Shown: positions 26,585-37,399 of the stretch, one piece after another
Layout: the number at the start of each line of letters is the position of its first letter
Position numbering within the stretch: position 1 is the first letter of the stretch
DNA from: Octopus sinensis
Lineage: Eukaryota
Assembly: GCF_006345805.1 (NCBI RefSeq)
Contig: NC_043003.1
Coordinates: 78,430,001 to 78,494,000, forward strand
Reading direction: 5' to 3'
Length of the DNA: 64,000 nt
Notes under the pieces: model-generated
What the model was told of the DNA's origin: nothing
What the model saw: the letters and a program-made list of their open reading frames with translations, nothing else
The model's database searches: none
Program-made: the position numbers and the translations under genes

Positions 26585-26695
26585 GTTTTTTGTTTTTTGT
26601 TTTTGTTTTTATTTTTGTTTTTTGTTTTTTGTTTTTTGTTTTTGTTGTTTTGTTTTTTGTTTTTTGTTTTTTGTATTTTGTTTTTTGTTTTTTGT
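26585..26695. repeat. (TTTTTG/TTTTTTG)n array
   Basis: Direct reading. Confidence 0.9.
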
Positions 26696-26887
26696 ACATC
26701 TTTAAATATGAGAACTTTAATGATAGGTTTCTTTATATTCAATTGTTTATAGGGTTTATATTAGATTATATATTGATTATATATAGATTATATATAGATA
26801 TATATAGGTTATATATATTTATATTTTTCATTGATAATTTTATTATTTTAAACTTATATTTTAATATTGATATTTTAGATCGAAAAT

Positions 26888-26930
26888 CCACCTGACGAAT
26901 GTCATTGAAGACATGAAACGATTGTAGTGG
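26888..26930 (+). ncRNA. Minimal type-I hammerhead ribozyme motif
   Basis: CCAC-CUGACGA-AUGUC(AUUGAA)GACAU-GAAA-C(GAUU)G-UA^GUGG: all conserved core nucleotides present, 5-bp stem II, 4-bp stem I. Confidence 0.75.
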
Positions 26931-29021
26931 CGGTTTATTTCTTTATATTAAAATTTTTTTTTATGTATTGATTAAGTCTTTCCTTGTTTGTTTTGCAAAA
27001 TAGTGGTTTTGTCTCGAATTATATTATATAATATTTTACTATAAAATTGGATTTAATCCTAAATCTGATTTTTCCCTGTAAATTTGGATTTATTCCCTAA
27101 TATTTATTATTATATATATATATATATACGACGGGCTTCTTTCAGTTTCCATCTACCAAATCCACCCACGAGACTTGTTTGGTCCAAGGCTATAGTAGAA
27201 GACACTTTGCCAAGCTGCCCCGCTAAGTTTTGCTGAACCGCTAAGTTACGGGGATATAAACACATCAGCACCAGTTGTCAAGTGGTGGTGTGGGGACAAA
27301 CACAGACACAAATACCCCTCCACACACACACATGTATATATATATATATATATATACGACGGGCTTCTTTCAGTTTCCATCTACCAAATCCACTCACGAG
27401 ACTTGGTTGGTCCAAGGCTATTGTAGAAGACACTTGGCCAAGGTGCTCCGCAGTGGGACTGAATCCGGAACCTTGTGGTGAGATATAGCACCGAGACAAC
27501 TGAAACAGGCACATCGTGTATGTATATGTGTGCGTGTGCGTGAGTGTATGTGTGGGTGCGAAAGTGTGTGTGCGTGCGTGTGTATGTATGTATGTATGTA
27601 TGTATGTGTGTGTGGGGGGGGGAAGCTCGCCGTGATAATGCTAATGTAATTATTACAAGAATGTGAATATCAACAAAATTGTATACGCTTATGAATGGCC
27701 GCGGAAGACAGAAAACAAATCGTTAATTCACAAAACCTTTATTAATGCCAATTTCATACAACACATAGACTAAATAACACAATGAGGAGCATTCTACAAT
27801 AAGTTGTGTTGAAACAATTAATTGGTTATGTAGAGTTGCCATTGTAAAATGACGGTATTCAGCATTTGTTTCACATTGTTTCAGCAGATTTATTTTTATT
27901 TAGAAAGATAATATAGTCTACAATGTCACATCACAATCGATTGTGATAGATATGAATGAATAAAGCAATGACAGAAAATTCTCCCCAAATGTAAGTGAAA
28001 TGACAAATATTGGAAAGAATTTTTCGGGGCAGCTTTTGAAGTAGTTAGGAGTTCCCTTCATTCTCGCCCACCGATGAAGTGTGTAGTGGATCTTGCATGC
28101 ATGAAGCGGATTCGATCCACCATAGCCAAATTCAAATCAACACTGCAACAGAACTGTTCCCACGGTGGAACAATGGTTTTTCTCTGACAGCAGTTTTACA
28201 TTTTCCAGATGCCTTTAGCTAGGCCGAAATAATGTCTTTACCACTTGACCCTTTCTAACCTCTTCTACTTCACCAAAAGCTAGAATAGAGGTAACAAGAC
28301 CACCAACTAAATCTATTGTTCTCAATGATATATCTATCCTTCTGGATAGTTATAAAAAGCAAGCACACCCCAAGCAAAAATCAGTTAGTCACAGTCGGTG
28401 ACGACTCAATGAGTCCAGTCACATGGTGACGACTCAACAAATGTCTAGCTGACCAGCTAGAACATTGGTCAGAGGGAGAAATGAAGTTCACTGTCAGCAA
28501 CTGTAAGACAACGTCCCACACCTTACAACTCTCACTAGCTCTAATTCTGTTCCCTTACAACATCATTCTATCTCTCTCTGTAATTACTACTAAACAGTGA
28601 AGAGGACACAAACACAAACTTTACTTCGCATGCTTTTGGATCTATCATTAACCTCCCATCGATGCAAGTTATTTGTAACGTAACGGTAAAAAAAATATTT
28701 CCTTAAAACTTCATGCATTGTTCATCTTTCACATCCTACAGTATGCAATTATAACAACAATTTTTTATCGTTATAAGTGTATCTGCATCATCAGCATCAT
28801 TCCGTACCTTCTTCAGGGAAATACCTGATTAGTTCTTTCTCGTCTCCATGAATATATATATAAAATTCAGAAAATTCCTGTTTCATACGTTTATTTTACA
28901 AAAAATGTTGAGCCCGTGTCTCATAAATCATATTAGCTAAGTTTGAAGAAAAGGTAAGTATGATTGATGAAATCGTTTCAGTCTAAATTACAATAATCTA
29001 TTATCATTATTATCATCATCA

Positions 29022-29060
<39 letters not shown>

Positions 29061-29061
<1 letters not shown>

Positions 29062-29608
29062 TGATTGAGAGAGCAGTGCATGCCATCGAAGTGATACTGG
29101 GGTAAAACATACGAAGCCCAGTATACCCATCATGACTACCTGTCTGATAAGGGTACACTAGGCACATTCATCACAATCATATGTGCGCGACATGGTGATC
29201 TCATATCAAGATAAACAGCACATGACCTTGCGAGTGGGGCCCAGTTAGAATTTTGTTCTGGTCGAGTAACCCATCCCGCTCCAAAGGTCCCTGAATAAGG
29301 ATTGTTTAAGAATGTTGAACGAACCACCCATGTTTTCAAAAGTGAATTATCAAAACCTCTAAGAATTCCTCTCAACACATTGCTATGATGCTCCCCACTC
29401 TTCTGCTCGTGGTCAGAGATGCACATATCGTCAGCCACTAAGGGACATGCTCAACTGGTTACGGTCAAACAACTGACAAGCAAATCTGTGGTATCGAGCA
29501 GAATATTTGCTGTAGCCCATCTTTTATACCAATGTACATGATAACACTTCTAATCAGTTAAGATCAGAAGCCATGAGAGCCACTGTCTGGTACTGCATCA
29601 GGGCATTT
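29061..29608 (-). mobile_element. (TAA)n-associated retroposon copy, flanked by (ATT)n on both sides
   Basis: Homologous to 1-418. (ATT)n arrays at ~29025-29060 and ~29615-29666. Confidence 0.8.
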
Positions 29609-29612
29609 ATCA

Positions 29613-29696
<84 letters not shown>

Positions 29697-30596
29697 TAGT
29701 AGTAGTAGTAGTAGTAGTAGTAGTATTCAATATTGAAACGTGTTTGTAACTAAGATCTTGTGACGATCTAGTATTGGCACTAGCTGATCAATGAGAAAAT
29801 TCTGCTTACTTCCTTGTTTTTCAGAGATCTTACTTTCATGATTAAATCTGAATCATCGTTGGCAGTTTTCAGATAATTCTTCAATAAGAGAAAAACTATT
29901 GGATAATTTTCTGAAGAAGAAACATGTTACTTTGAGTACATATAAGTTGACACGTCTGTCAGGACACTGAGCACACTGCATAAATTATTAAAAGTTTCCT
30001 ATTTTCATTACAGAAAAAGAATAAAATCTATTTTGTTAGTCATATCTTGATCCAGCCTAATGTCAGCAGTAACTTAATGCTGCCCATGAAGCCAAGAAAG
30101 TACAAGATGGATTGACTTTCAGCGAGTGAACCATGTCTTGAATTACCTCATGTTGCCGTTCATCAATTACGAATTGTCTTCTTATTTCTTCAGACTGTAT
30201 AGTATTCTTGGTTTGGTCACAATTGCTAATAAAGTCGGCAACTTGAACAATGTGACCAAAGTTGCCTAGATCAGTCCACTGGTCACACTTATTTCAACCA
30301 TTCTCTATATTCCAAGCATTGTCAGAGGCACAGATCATGTCATACAATCCAGGTCAAATTTATTGACATACACTTACATCTTTGTGCTCAGGTTTTCTCT
30401 AACAGGTTGTTCTAGTTTCGATTTCGCTATTGACTGACGGTACTGTGAAGGCAGATGGCTCAGTAGTTAGAGCGTCGTGCTCACAACCATGAGGTAGTGA
30501 GTTCGATTTCCGCACTGAGCTGTGTGCTGTGTTCTTGAGCAAGACACTTTATTTCACGTTGCTCCAGTTCACTCAGCTGCAGAAATGAGTTGCGAA

Positions 30597-31195
30597 AAGG
30601 CGGCGAGCTGGCAGAAACATTAGCACGTCGGGCGAAATGCAAAGCGGTATTTCGTCTGCCGTTACGTTCTGAGTTCAAATTCCGCCGAGGTCGACTTTGC
30701 CTTTCATCCTTTCGGGGTCGATAAATTAAGTACCAGTTACGCACTGGGGTCGATGTAATCGACTTAATACCTATGTCTGTCCTTGTTTGTCCCCTCTGTG
30801 TTTAGCCCCTTGTGGGTAATAAAGAAATAGGTATTTCGTCTGCCGTTACGTTCTGAGTTCAAATTCCGCCGAGGTTGACTTTGCCTTTCATTCTTTCAGG
30901 GTCGATTAAATAAGTACCAGTTACTCACTGGGGTCGACATAATCGACTTAATCCGTTTGTCTGTCCTTGTTTGTCCTCTGTGTTTATCCCCTTGTGGGTT
31001 GTAAAGAAATAGGTATTTCGTCTGTCTTTACGTTCTGAGTTCAAATTCCGCCGACTTTGCCTTTCATCCTTTCGGAGTCGATAAACTAACTACTAGTTAC
31101 GCACTGGGGTCGATGTAATCGACTTAATCCCTTTGTCTGTCCTTGCTTGTCCCCACTATGTTTAGCCCCTTGTGGGCAATGAAGAAATAAGAAAT
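30597..31195 (+). mobile_element. SINE family B (head AAGGCGGCGAGCTGGCAG), three tandem ~180-bp body units
   Basis: One head, then units starting GTATTTCGTCTG at ~30647, ~30831 and ~31012. Contains CTTTCATCCTTTCGGGGTCGATAAATTAAGTACCAG, which resembles the Deu/Nin-type SINE core (inference). Confidence 0.85.
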
Positions 31196-31883
31196 GAATT
31201 GCGACGTCACTGGCGCCAAGCTGTATCGGGTTTTGCCTTTCCCTTGGATAACATCGGTGGCATGAAAAGGGGGAGGCTGGTATGCAAGGGCAACTACTGG
31301 TCTTCCATAAACAACCTTACCTGGATTTGTGCCTCGGAAGGGAACTTTCTAGGTGCAATCTCATGATCATTCATGACCAGATGTGACCTTTACTCATTTT
31401 ACGTCACTCTATTACAGTAATGTGAATATCTATCAAATTCCAAATCCCTGTTTTGACAGCAACAATATCTAGGAAATTTCAAGTCCTTATATCAGTTTCG
31501 GTTGCAACAAAAGCTACAGACGGTAAAATTTCCAACTGCCTCTATTTTACGTCTTCCATATATTGTTTCAGTCTGTATTACAGTTGCATTCCTGCATGGA
31601 ATTGTATACTCTAAGTAGTAGAATGTATCAAAGATAAACTGTATTATTTTCTTACTCTCTTAATATTCGTTTTTAGGATTTCACATGAAATCCGACAGCC
31701 GATATTTGTTTTCCCATACAAATGTCATTATTTGCAAATGGATATTTGCTTGGTGATGACGTAAATTTGTTGTTGCAACTGCACATGCAAGTTCAAGCTC
31801 ATGGTGCTTATACTTTAACAGTACTTCTACTGAAATATCTTGTGAAATAAATACTTCCATTCATCAGAAGTGGCCGGTACGAC

Positions 31884-31954
<71 letters not shown>

Positions 31955-32016
31955 ACTGCTACTACTACTACTACTACTACTACTACTATACTACTACTAC
32001 TACTACTACTACTACT

Positions 32017-32685
32017 AAGGCGGTGAGCTGGCAAACTCGTTAGCATACTGGGCGGAATGCTTAGTGACATTTCGTCCGTCTGAGTTCAAATTCCGCCGAG
32101 GTCGACTTTGCCTTTCATCCTTTCGGGGTCGATAAAATAAGTTCCAGTTGAGGAATGGGGTCGAGGCAATCGACTTACCCCTTCTCCCAAAATACTGATC
32201 TTGTGCCAAAATTTAAAATCATAATTAATTAATTAATTAATTAATTAATTAATTAATTAATTAGTTTTCTAAGGTGGTTAGTTGAAGAAACTTAAGAGCC
32301 TTTATTTACCATCTTTATGTTCTGGATTGAAATCCCACCGAGGTTATCTTTACCTTTCATCCTTCATGGGGCCGATAAATAAAGTAGCAGTCATGTTCTA
32401 GAATTGATCTAACCGGCTAAAACTTCTCCGTAAATCGTTGGCTCCTTGCCAATATTAGAAATTATAAGGCGGCGAGCTGGCAGAAACGTTAGCACGCCGG
32501 GCGAAATGCGTAGCTGTATTTCGTTTGCCATTATGTCCTGAGTTCAAATTCCGCCGAGGTCGACTTTGCCTTTCATCCTTTCGGGGTCGATAAATAAAGT
32601 ACCAGTTTCGCACTGGGGTCGATGTAATCGACCTAATCCGTTTGTCCCCTCTGTGTTTAGCCCCTTGTGGGCAGTAAAGAAATAT
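32017..32685 (+). mobile_element. Cluster of three SINE family B copies
   Basis: Heads at 32017 and 32466; degenerate copy at ~32260-32460. Confidence 0.8.
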
Positions 32686-33031
32686 ATATTAAAAATTATT
32701 GTTAGTACTAGCGTATTACCCGTCATATGACAATCAACTTTGGAAGTACACTTTTGCCCCGATGGGTAATATCAGGCAATATAGGATACAGAGACTAAAT
32801 ATCATTTAACTTCTATAAAATTACTTGGTGTTTATGCAAAATTACGAAATGAATACTAATTTTTAAAAGTAACAAATTTATTAAGTGTGTGTACACATAT
32901 ATGAGTGTGTGTTTGTGTGTGTGTGTGTGTGTGAGTGCGTGCGTGCGTTGGCATGTGTGTGTGTAACGTCATTTAGTTGTCACCTATCACGATTTCAAGT
33001 ATGTGCATTCATTCTGCACATCTTATGTTAA

Positions 33032-33182
<151 letters not shown>

Positions 33183-33194
33183 GGCCTATATATA

Positions 33195-33583
33195 GGCGCA
33201 GGAGTGGCTGTGTGGTAAGTAGCTTGTTTACAAGCCACATGGTTCCGGGTTCAGTCCCACTGCGTGGCACCTTGGGCAAGTGTCTTCTACTATAGCCCTG
33301 GGCCGACCAAAGCCTGTGAGTGGATTTGGTAGACGGAAATGTATATATATATATGCGTGTGTGTGTGTTTGTGTGAGTGTGTTTGTCCCCGCCCCCTAGC
33401 ATTGCTTGACAACCGATGCTGGTGTGTTTATGTCTCCGTTACTTAACGGTTCGGCAAAAGAAACCGATAGAATAAGTACTGGGCTTACAAAAGAATAATC
33501 GAGTTGCTCGATTAAAGGCGGTGCTCCAGCATGGCCGCAGTCAAATGACTGAAACAAGTAAAAGAGTAAAAGAGAAAAGAGAG
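33195..33583 (+). mobile_element. SINE family A, full length
   Basis: GGCGCAGGAGTGGCTGTGTGGTAAG...GGTTCCGGGTTCAGTCCC...GACTGAAACAAGTAAAAGAG. Confidence 0.88.
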
Positions 33584-34099
33584 TATGTAAAACATAGCAA
33601 GAGAAATCGACTACCCACCTAAACATTTATATCGGCTATTATTATGTAGGGGTAAGGTGATAAGTTCGCACAATTCGTTTCTACTCTAGGCACAAGGTCC
33701 GAAACTTTTGGGGAGGGAGCCAGTCGATTAGATCGACTCGAGTAGGTTACTGGTACTTAATTTACCGACCCCGGAAGGATGAAAAGCAAAGTCGACCTCG
33801 GCGGTAAGTTCGCACAATTGTTAGCACGGCGGGCATGGTGACATTTCGTCCGTCCTTACGTCCTGAGTTCAAATTCCGCCGAGGTCAACTTTGCCTTTTA
33901 TAATTTCAGGGTCGTTAAAATGAGTACCATTTGAGCACTGCGGTCGATGTAATCAACTTATGCCCTCCCCCAAAATTGCTGGCCTTGTGCCAAAATTTGA
34001 AGCCATTATTATATAGTGGCTACTTACCAAGCTGCAGAAATAAAGGAATCATTTACAGCTGAGACAGTAAGAAACGAAAGGCGTGAAGTACGTTTAAGT

Positions 34100-34324
34100 C
34101 AGGGGTGGGCAAACTAAGGCCCGCGAGCCGCATGCGGCCCGCCATAGGTTTTCATGCGGCCCGCCGAGAGGAATATTTCACAAAATTTCCTTTCAATCAA
34201 TTGTGTGTTTATAGGTCTATAACCGCCTTTAAAAATATTTTCACTTGATTTTTATAAATGAGGCCCGCCAGGGTTCCAAAGACGCACTGTGCGGCCCGCG
34301 ATCAAAAAAGTTCGCCCACCCCTG
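34100..34324. mobile_element. hAT-type MITE with perfect 8-bp TSD
   Basis: TIRs CAGGGGTGGGCAAACT / AGTTCGCCCACCCCTG (1 mismatch). TSD GTTTAAGT at 34092-34099 and 34325-34332. Internal GCGGCCCGC repeats. Confidence 0.93.
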
Positions 34325-34404
34325 GTTTAAGTTATGAAAAATGCCGAAAAGTCCCAATGCAAAAATACTTGATAGCAAATATTCTTATCCATACAGCATT
34401 CTCG

Positions 34405-35684
34405 AGGTGAATCTGGACACAACATGTTTCTTGGGGTCATTTTGCGTTTCGAACTTTTCAACAATCAGACATCCTCAATCGGGTGATCCTGCCAGATTTG
34501 ATTATGATCCAACTTGTGTCCAGTTAGCACGACCCTAGGCAGCAAGAACATCCTCTTTCAAGGCTCACACATCTCCACCTTGAAGCAACTTCCGTCGCCT
34601 CCATAGCCAACCTCGTGGCCTTTCGCCTGCTGGCCCCTGTAATGCCCAGCATGTTCAAGAGAGATTGAAAATCTTCTGCATCCCTCCATGATGGAACAAC
34701 ACTGCTTGCGATGCATTGCTTTGGCATTGCTTTGACATAGCTCCACCGGCTCAGTACATTTCTTTCTCTTTTGTTTGCCTCTTCGTTGACGTCCGCTCAG
34801 AGAATGGAATATTTTAACAGAACCACCTGCTTGGATCCTGTTTAGATCAACGCCGTATTTAGCCTTACTGATGTTGAGGCGACAGTTTCTGAGAACTTCA
34901 ACTTCTTCCCCATGTCGGCATTTAGCTCAAAATAGTTTGCTGTTGCAAGTAGCCCCAGAGAAGTAGACCGACAGCTGGCATCTCTGTCACGCCAGCCTTG
35001 AGAAAAATGATAATTTTCTTCGATGAGCGACGGCTCTTACAATATCTAATCCAATGACGGATGGTATTTGCCTTCAAGATATGATCATGCCTTCAAGATA
35101 TGATCATAACCTTCAAGATATGATCATGCTTCAAACGGTAGCACCCTTCTCTCGGGTCTTCTGGACAGCTATTGAGAATGTCATTCATCCAGTGCCTGAA
35201 GAGAGTGTCCTTCTCCTCAGGTTCTGAGGCAAACTGGTGACTCCGACTTAACCCAGCAGAAAAGTTGGCTGAGCTCGACAAAACCATAATTAAACTGCCT
35301 GAATTCGGAATTTTATCCAGTTTGACCTCGCTTTGCAACGGTTAGTCCATAAGACTTTGTGAGTCACTCCTTGGGTTCATCTTAGCCAAGCTCCCTAATA
35401 CTACATCCCAACACATTTGCTGGTTCGTTCATCCGCAATTGACATGCGCACATCGTTTCAGTTCAGTAGCCACCTGTCCTTTCCTTGCACCATATTTTAG
35501 CAAGGTGTTGTGATAACACCCAGGCCAGCCTTCGAAATACAACACCCATGAGCGCTGTACATCTTTATATATTTTAGCTGTGATTCTGCAGATTCGACAG
35601 TCTTCACTGCTCTCCCCTTCCATCTTGTTCTGACCTCGATATCAGCCTGAGAGACTTTAGAGTTGCAGGAACCTCAGCATTGCA
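34405..35684 (-). mobile_element. HERO-like non-LTR retrotransposon, 3' fragment (REL-endonuclease type)
   Basis: Pieces read KAGLG...VQGKDR...VRMSIADERTSKCVGM..GAW; ILNSCP...EGCYRLKHDHILKV; and QSLLNMLGITGASRRKATRLAMEATEVASRW. These match HERO-clade C-terminal motifs as recalled. Truncated at 35685 by a MITE. Confidence 0.75.
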
Positions 35685-35938
35685 GCAATGTGAACACTTA
35701 AGAGACTGTGTTTAATTACAATTTTAGAAACTAATACTTCAATTTTCTCTATTTAATTGTCGTAAATATGTCGTCTTTATTGTCTTCATAAAGCTAGGTC
35801 GACATGAATTTTTCTCTCAGGATAATGATAGGGAGCTTCAGTTTATTATTTTGTCCATATAGGACAATGCTGTTCTATTCAATGATATATATCTCTCTCT
35901 CTTTCATACACACATGCACAAACACATGCACTCACACA

Positions 35939-35969
<31 letters not shown>

Positions 35970-36550
35970 GTACAAATATACCTACCTACCTACCTACCTA
36001 CCAACATACATACATACATACATACATACATACATACATACGCATACACAGCGACATACATAGATATATACACATATATATTTATATATATAGCTTCCAC
36101 TAATATGAAAAAATACCCTGCCGTGTTGGTGCCTTTGTGAATAAATCCCCACTGTCAACCCAGTACCATGTACATGACTTAACGCTAGTAAAAGCTTGTT
36201 TACGTTTTTTATATGAAGATATCTTCTTCGTACCTGGGTAGATGAAAGATGAAGCAACCAATCCTTTTGAGTATTAATAAATACGAATAATGTACCCACT
36301 AGCTAGCCTTCTCAGTGGCTTCATATTTATTAAATATATTGTATATTTCTTTTTGCAATACTAATTATACAGTTTCTATTATTAAAACGTCAAAAATATC
36401 TTAATGATTACAAAATTGTGATGTATATTTTTTTACAATAGCTTTGTGAAGACAATAAAGACAATGTTATTTACAACAGTTAAATATAGAAAATTTAAGT
36501 GTTAGTTTCTAAAATTGTAATTAAGTGCAATTTCTTAAGTGTCGCATTGC
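35685..36550. mobile_element. MITE with ~110-bp degenerate TIRs
   Basis: 35685-35795 and 36440-36550 are reverse complements (e.g. TTAATTACAATTTTAGAAACTAA / TTAGTTTCTAAAATTGTAATTAA). Confidence 0.75.
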
Positions 36551-36707
36551 CAACTTTCAGTACGCTCATGTACTTGTCTAGTTTCTACACTCAAACAAAA
36601 ATTTCAGTTCAGAGTTCTTTATTGTTATCGTTTTCATGGCATGCTTTACTTAAGAGATGAAATATGTCATTAACAGAGCTTATAGCCTTAACGGAGAATT
36701 TTGCCTC

Positions 36708-36960
36708 TCACAATATAGAAATATTTCTCGTGGCACCAGCAGACAAAATGGAAAACGCGTTGCTACGGATGATAGTGAGGGAGATGCCTTGTAACAGCCA
36801 CTCTGACACGTGGCGCTCGCGTTTGTGGACAGCAATCTCCGCCCTGATAGCGGTGAGCAGGAATATGGGCCAAGGACCAAGAACGCCGGAGTTCTCAACT
36901 ACCACAGGTTCGACCATACACCTGTCGGGAAGTGACCGATACCTTGACAGTTGTTTTTTT
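36708..36960 (-). mobile_element. CRE-like non-LTR retrotransposon, extreme 3' fragment
   Basis: RYRSLPDRCMVEPVVVENSGVLGP...WLLQGISLTIIRSNAFSIL resembles the CRE-clade C-terminus KY..L...F.P.AVET.G..G...WL.QRIS.AI.RGNA.SI. Confidence 0.7.
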
Positions 36961-37399
36961 TTTCTTTTCTCAGCCTGAGTTCGATTTACATTTATCATTA
37001 ATAACACCACAAAAAAAATTAAAATTTTATTGGATTAAGGTGGAGTCTGATGATAGTGGTTTTCATTCGATTGTGCGACATTGAGTTATCCATTTATGGA
37101 GTAAATTCATTACCAAGTATCTCACATACTGTTAAAGTACACAGGGGGTGTGGGTAGGAAAAGCCACGTTTGACAAAAAAAATTTTTATTCCTATTTTTT
37201 GTACACATTCTGCACACACACACACACGGAGGGTTGCTAGAAGGCTTGCAGGACAAAGCAAAATGTGTCAAGAAGTAGGATAGCAACAGCGAATAGTCAA
37301 CTATTTAGCAATACCGCAAGGTGTTAAAAACTCATGGTTAGTACCCAGCGCACCGGGAGTGAGGCGCCTCTTGGTTCACGTTAAAGCATGTCTTTAGAA

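Larger units (their letters stand above)
26290..27480 (-). mobile_element. SINE family A with local tandem duplication and AT-rich insert
   Basis: 26468-26580 is repeated at 27234-27350, and 27120-27220 at 27350-27450. Confidence 0.78.

Noticed and set aside
30378-30442. Candidate 65-nt cassette exon (CTTCACAG acceptor, GTAAGT donor) in the PKG intron
   Set aside because: The acceptor comes from an antisense SINE head. Splicing from exon 1 gives an immediate stop (T ACC GTC AGT CAA TAG), and no frame resembles PKG.
30647-31195. Regularly spaced repeats resembling a CRISPR array
   Set aside because: Units are ~180-bp contiguous SINE bodies with no unique spacers, in a eukaryotic context with no cas genes.
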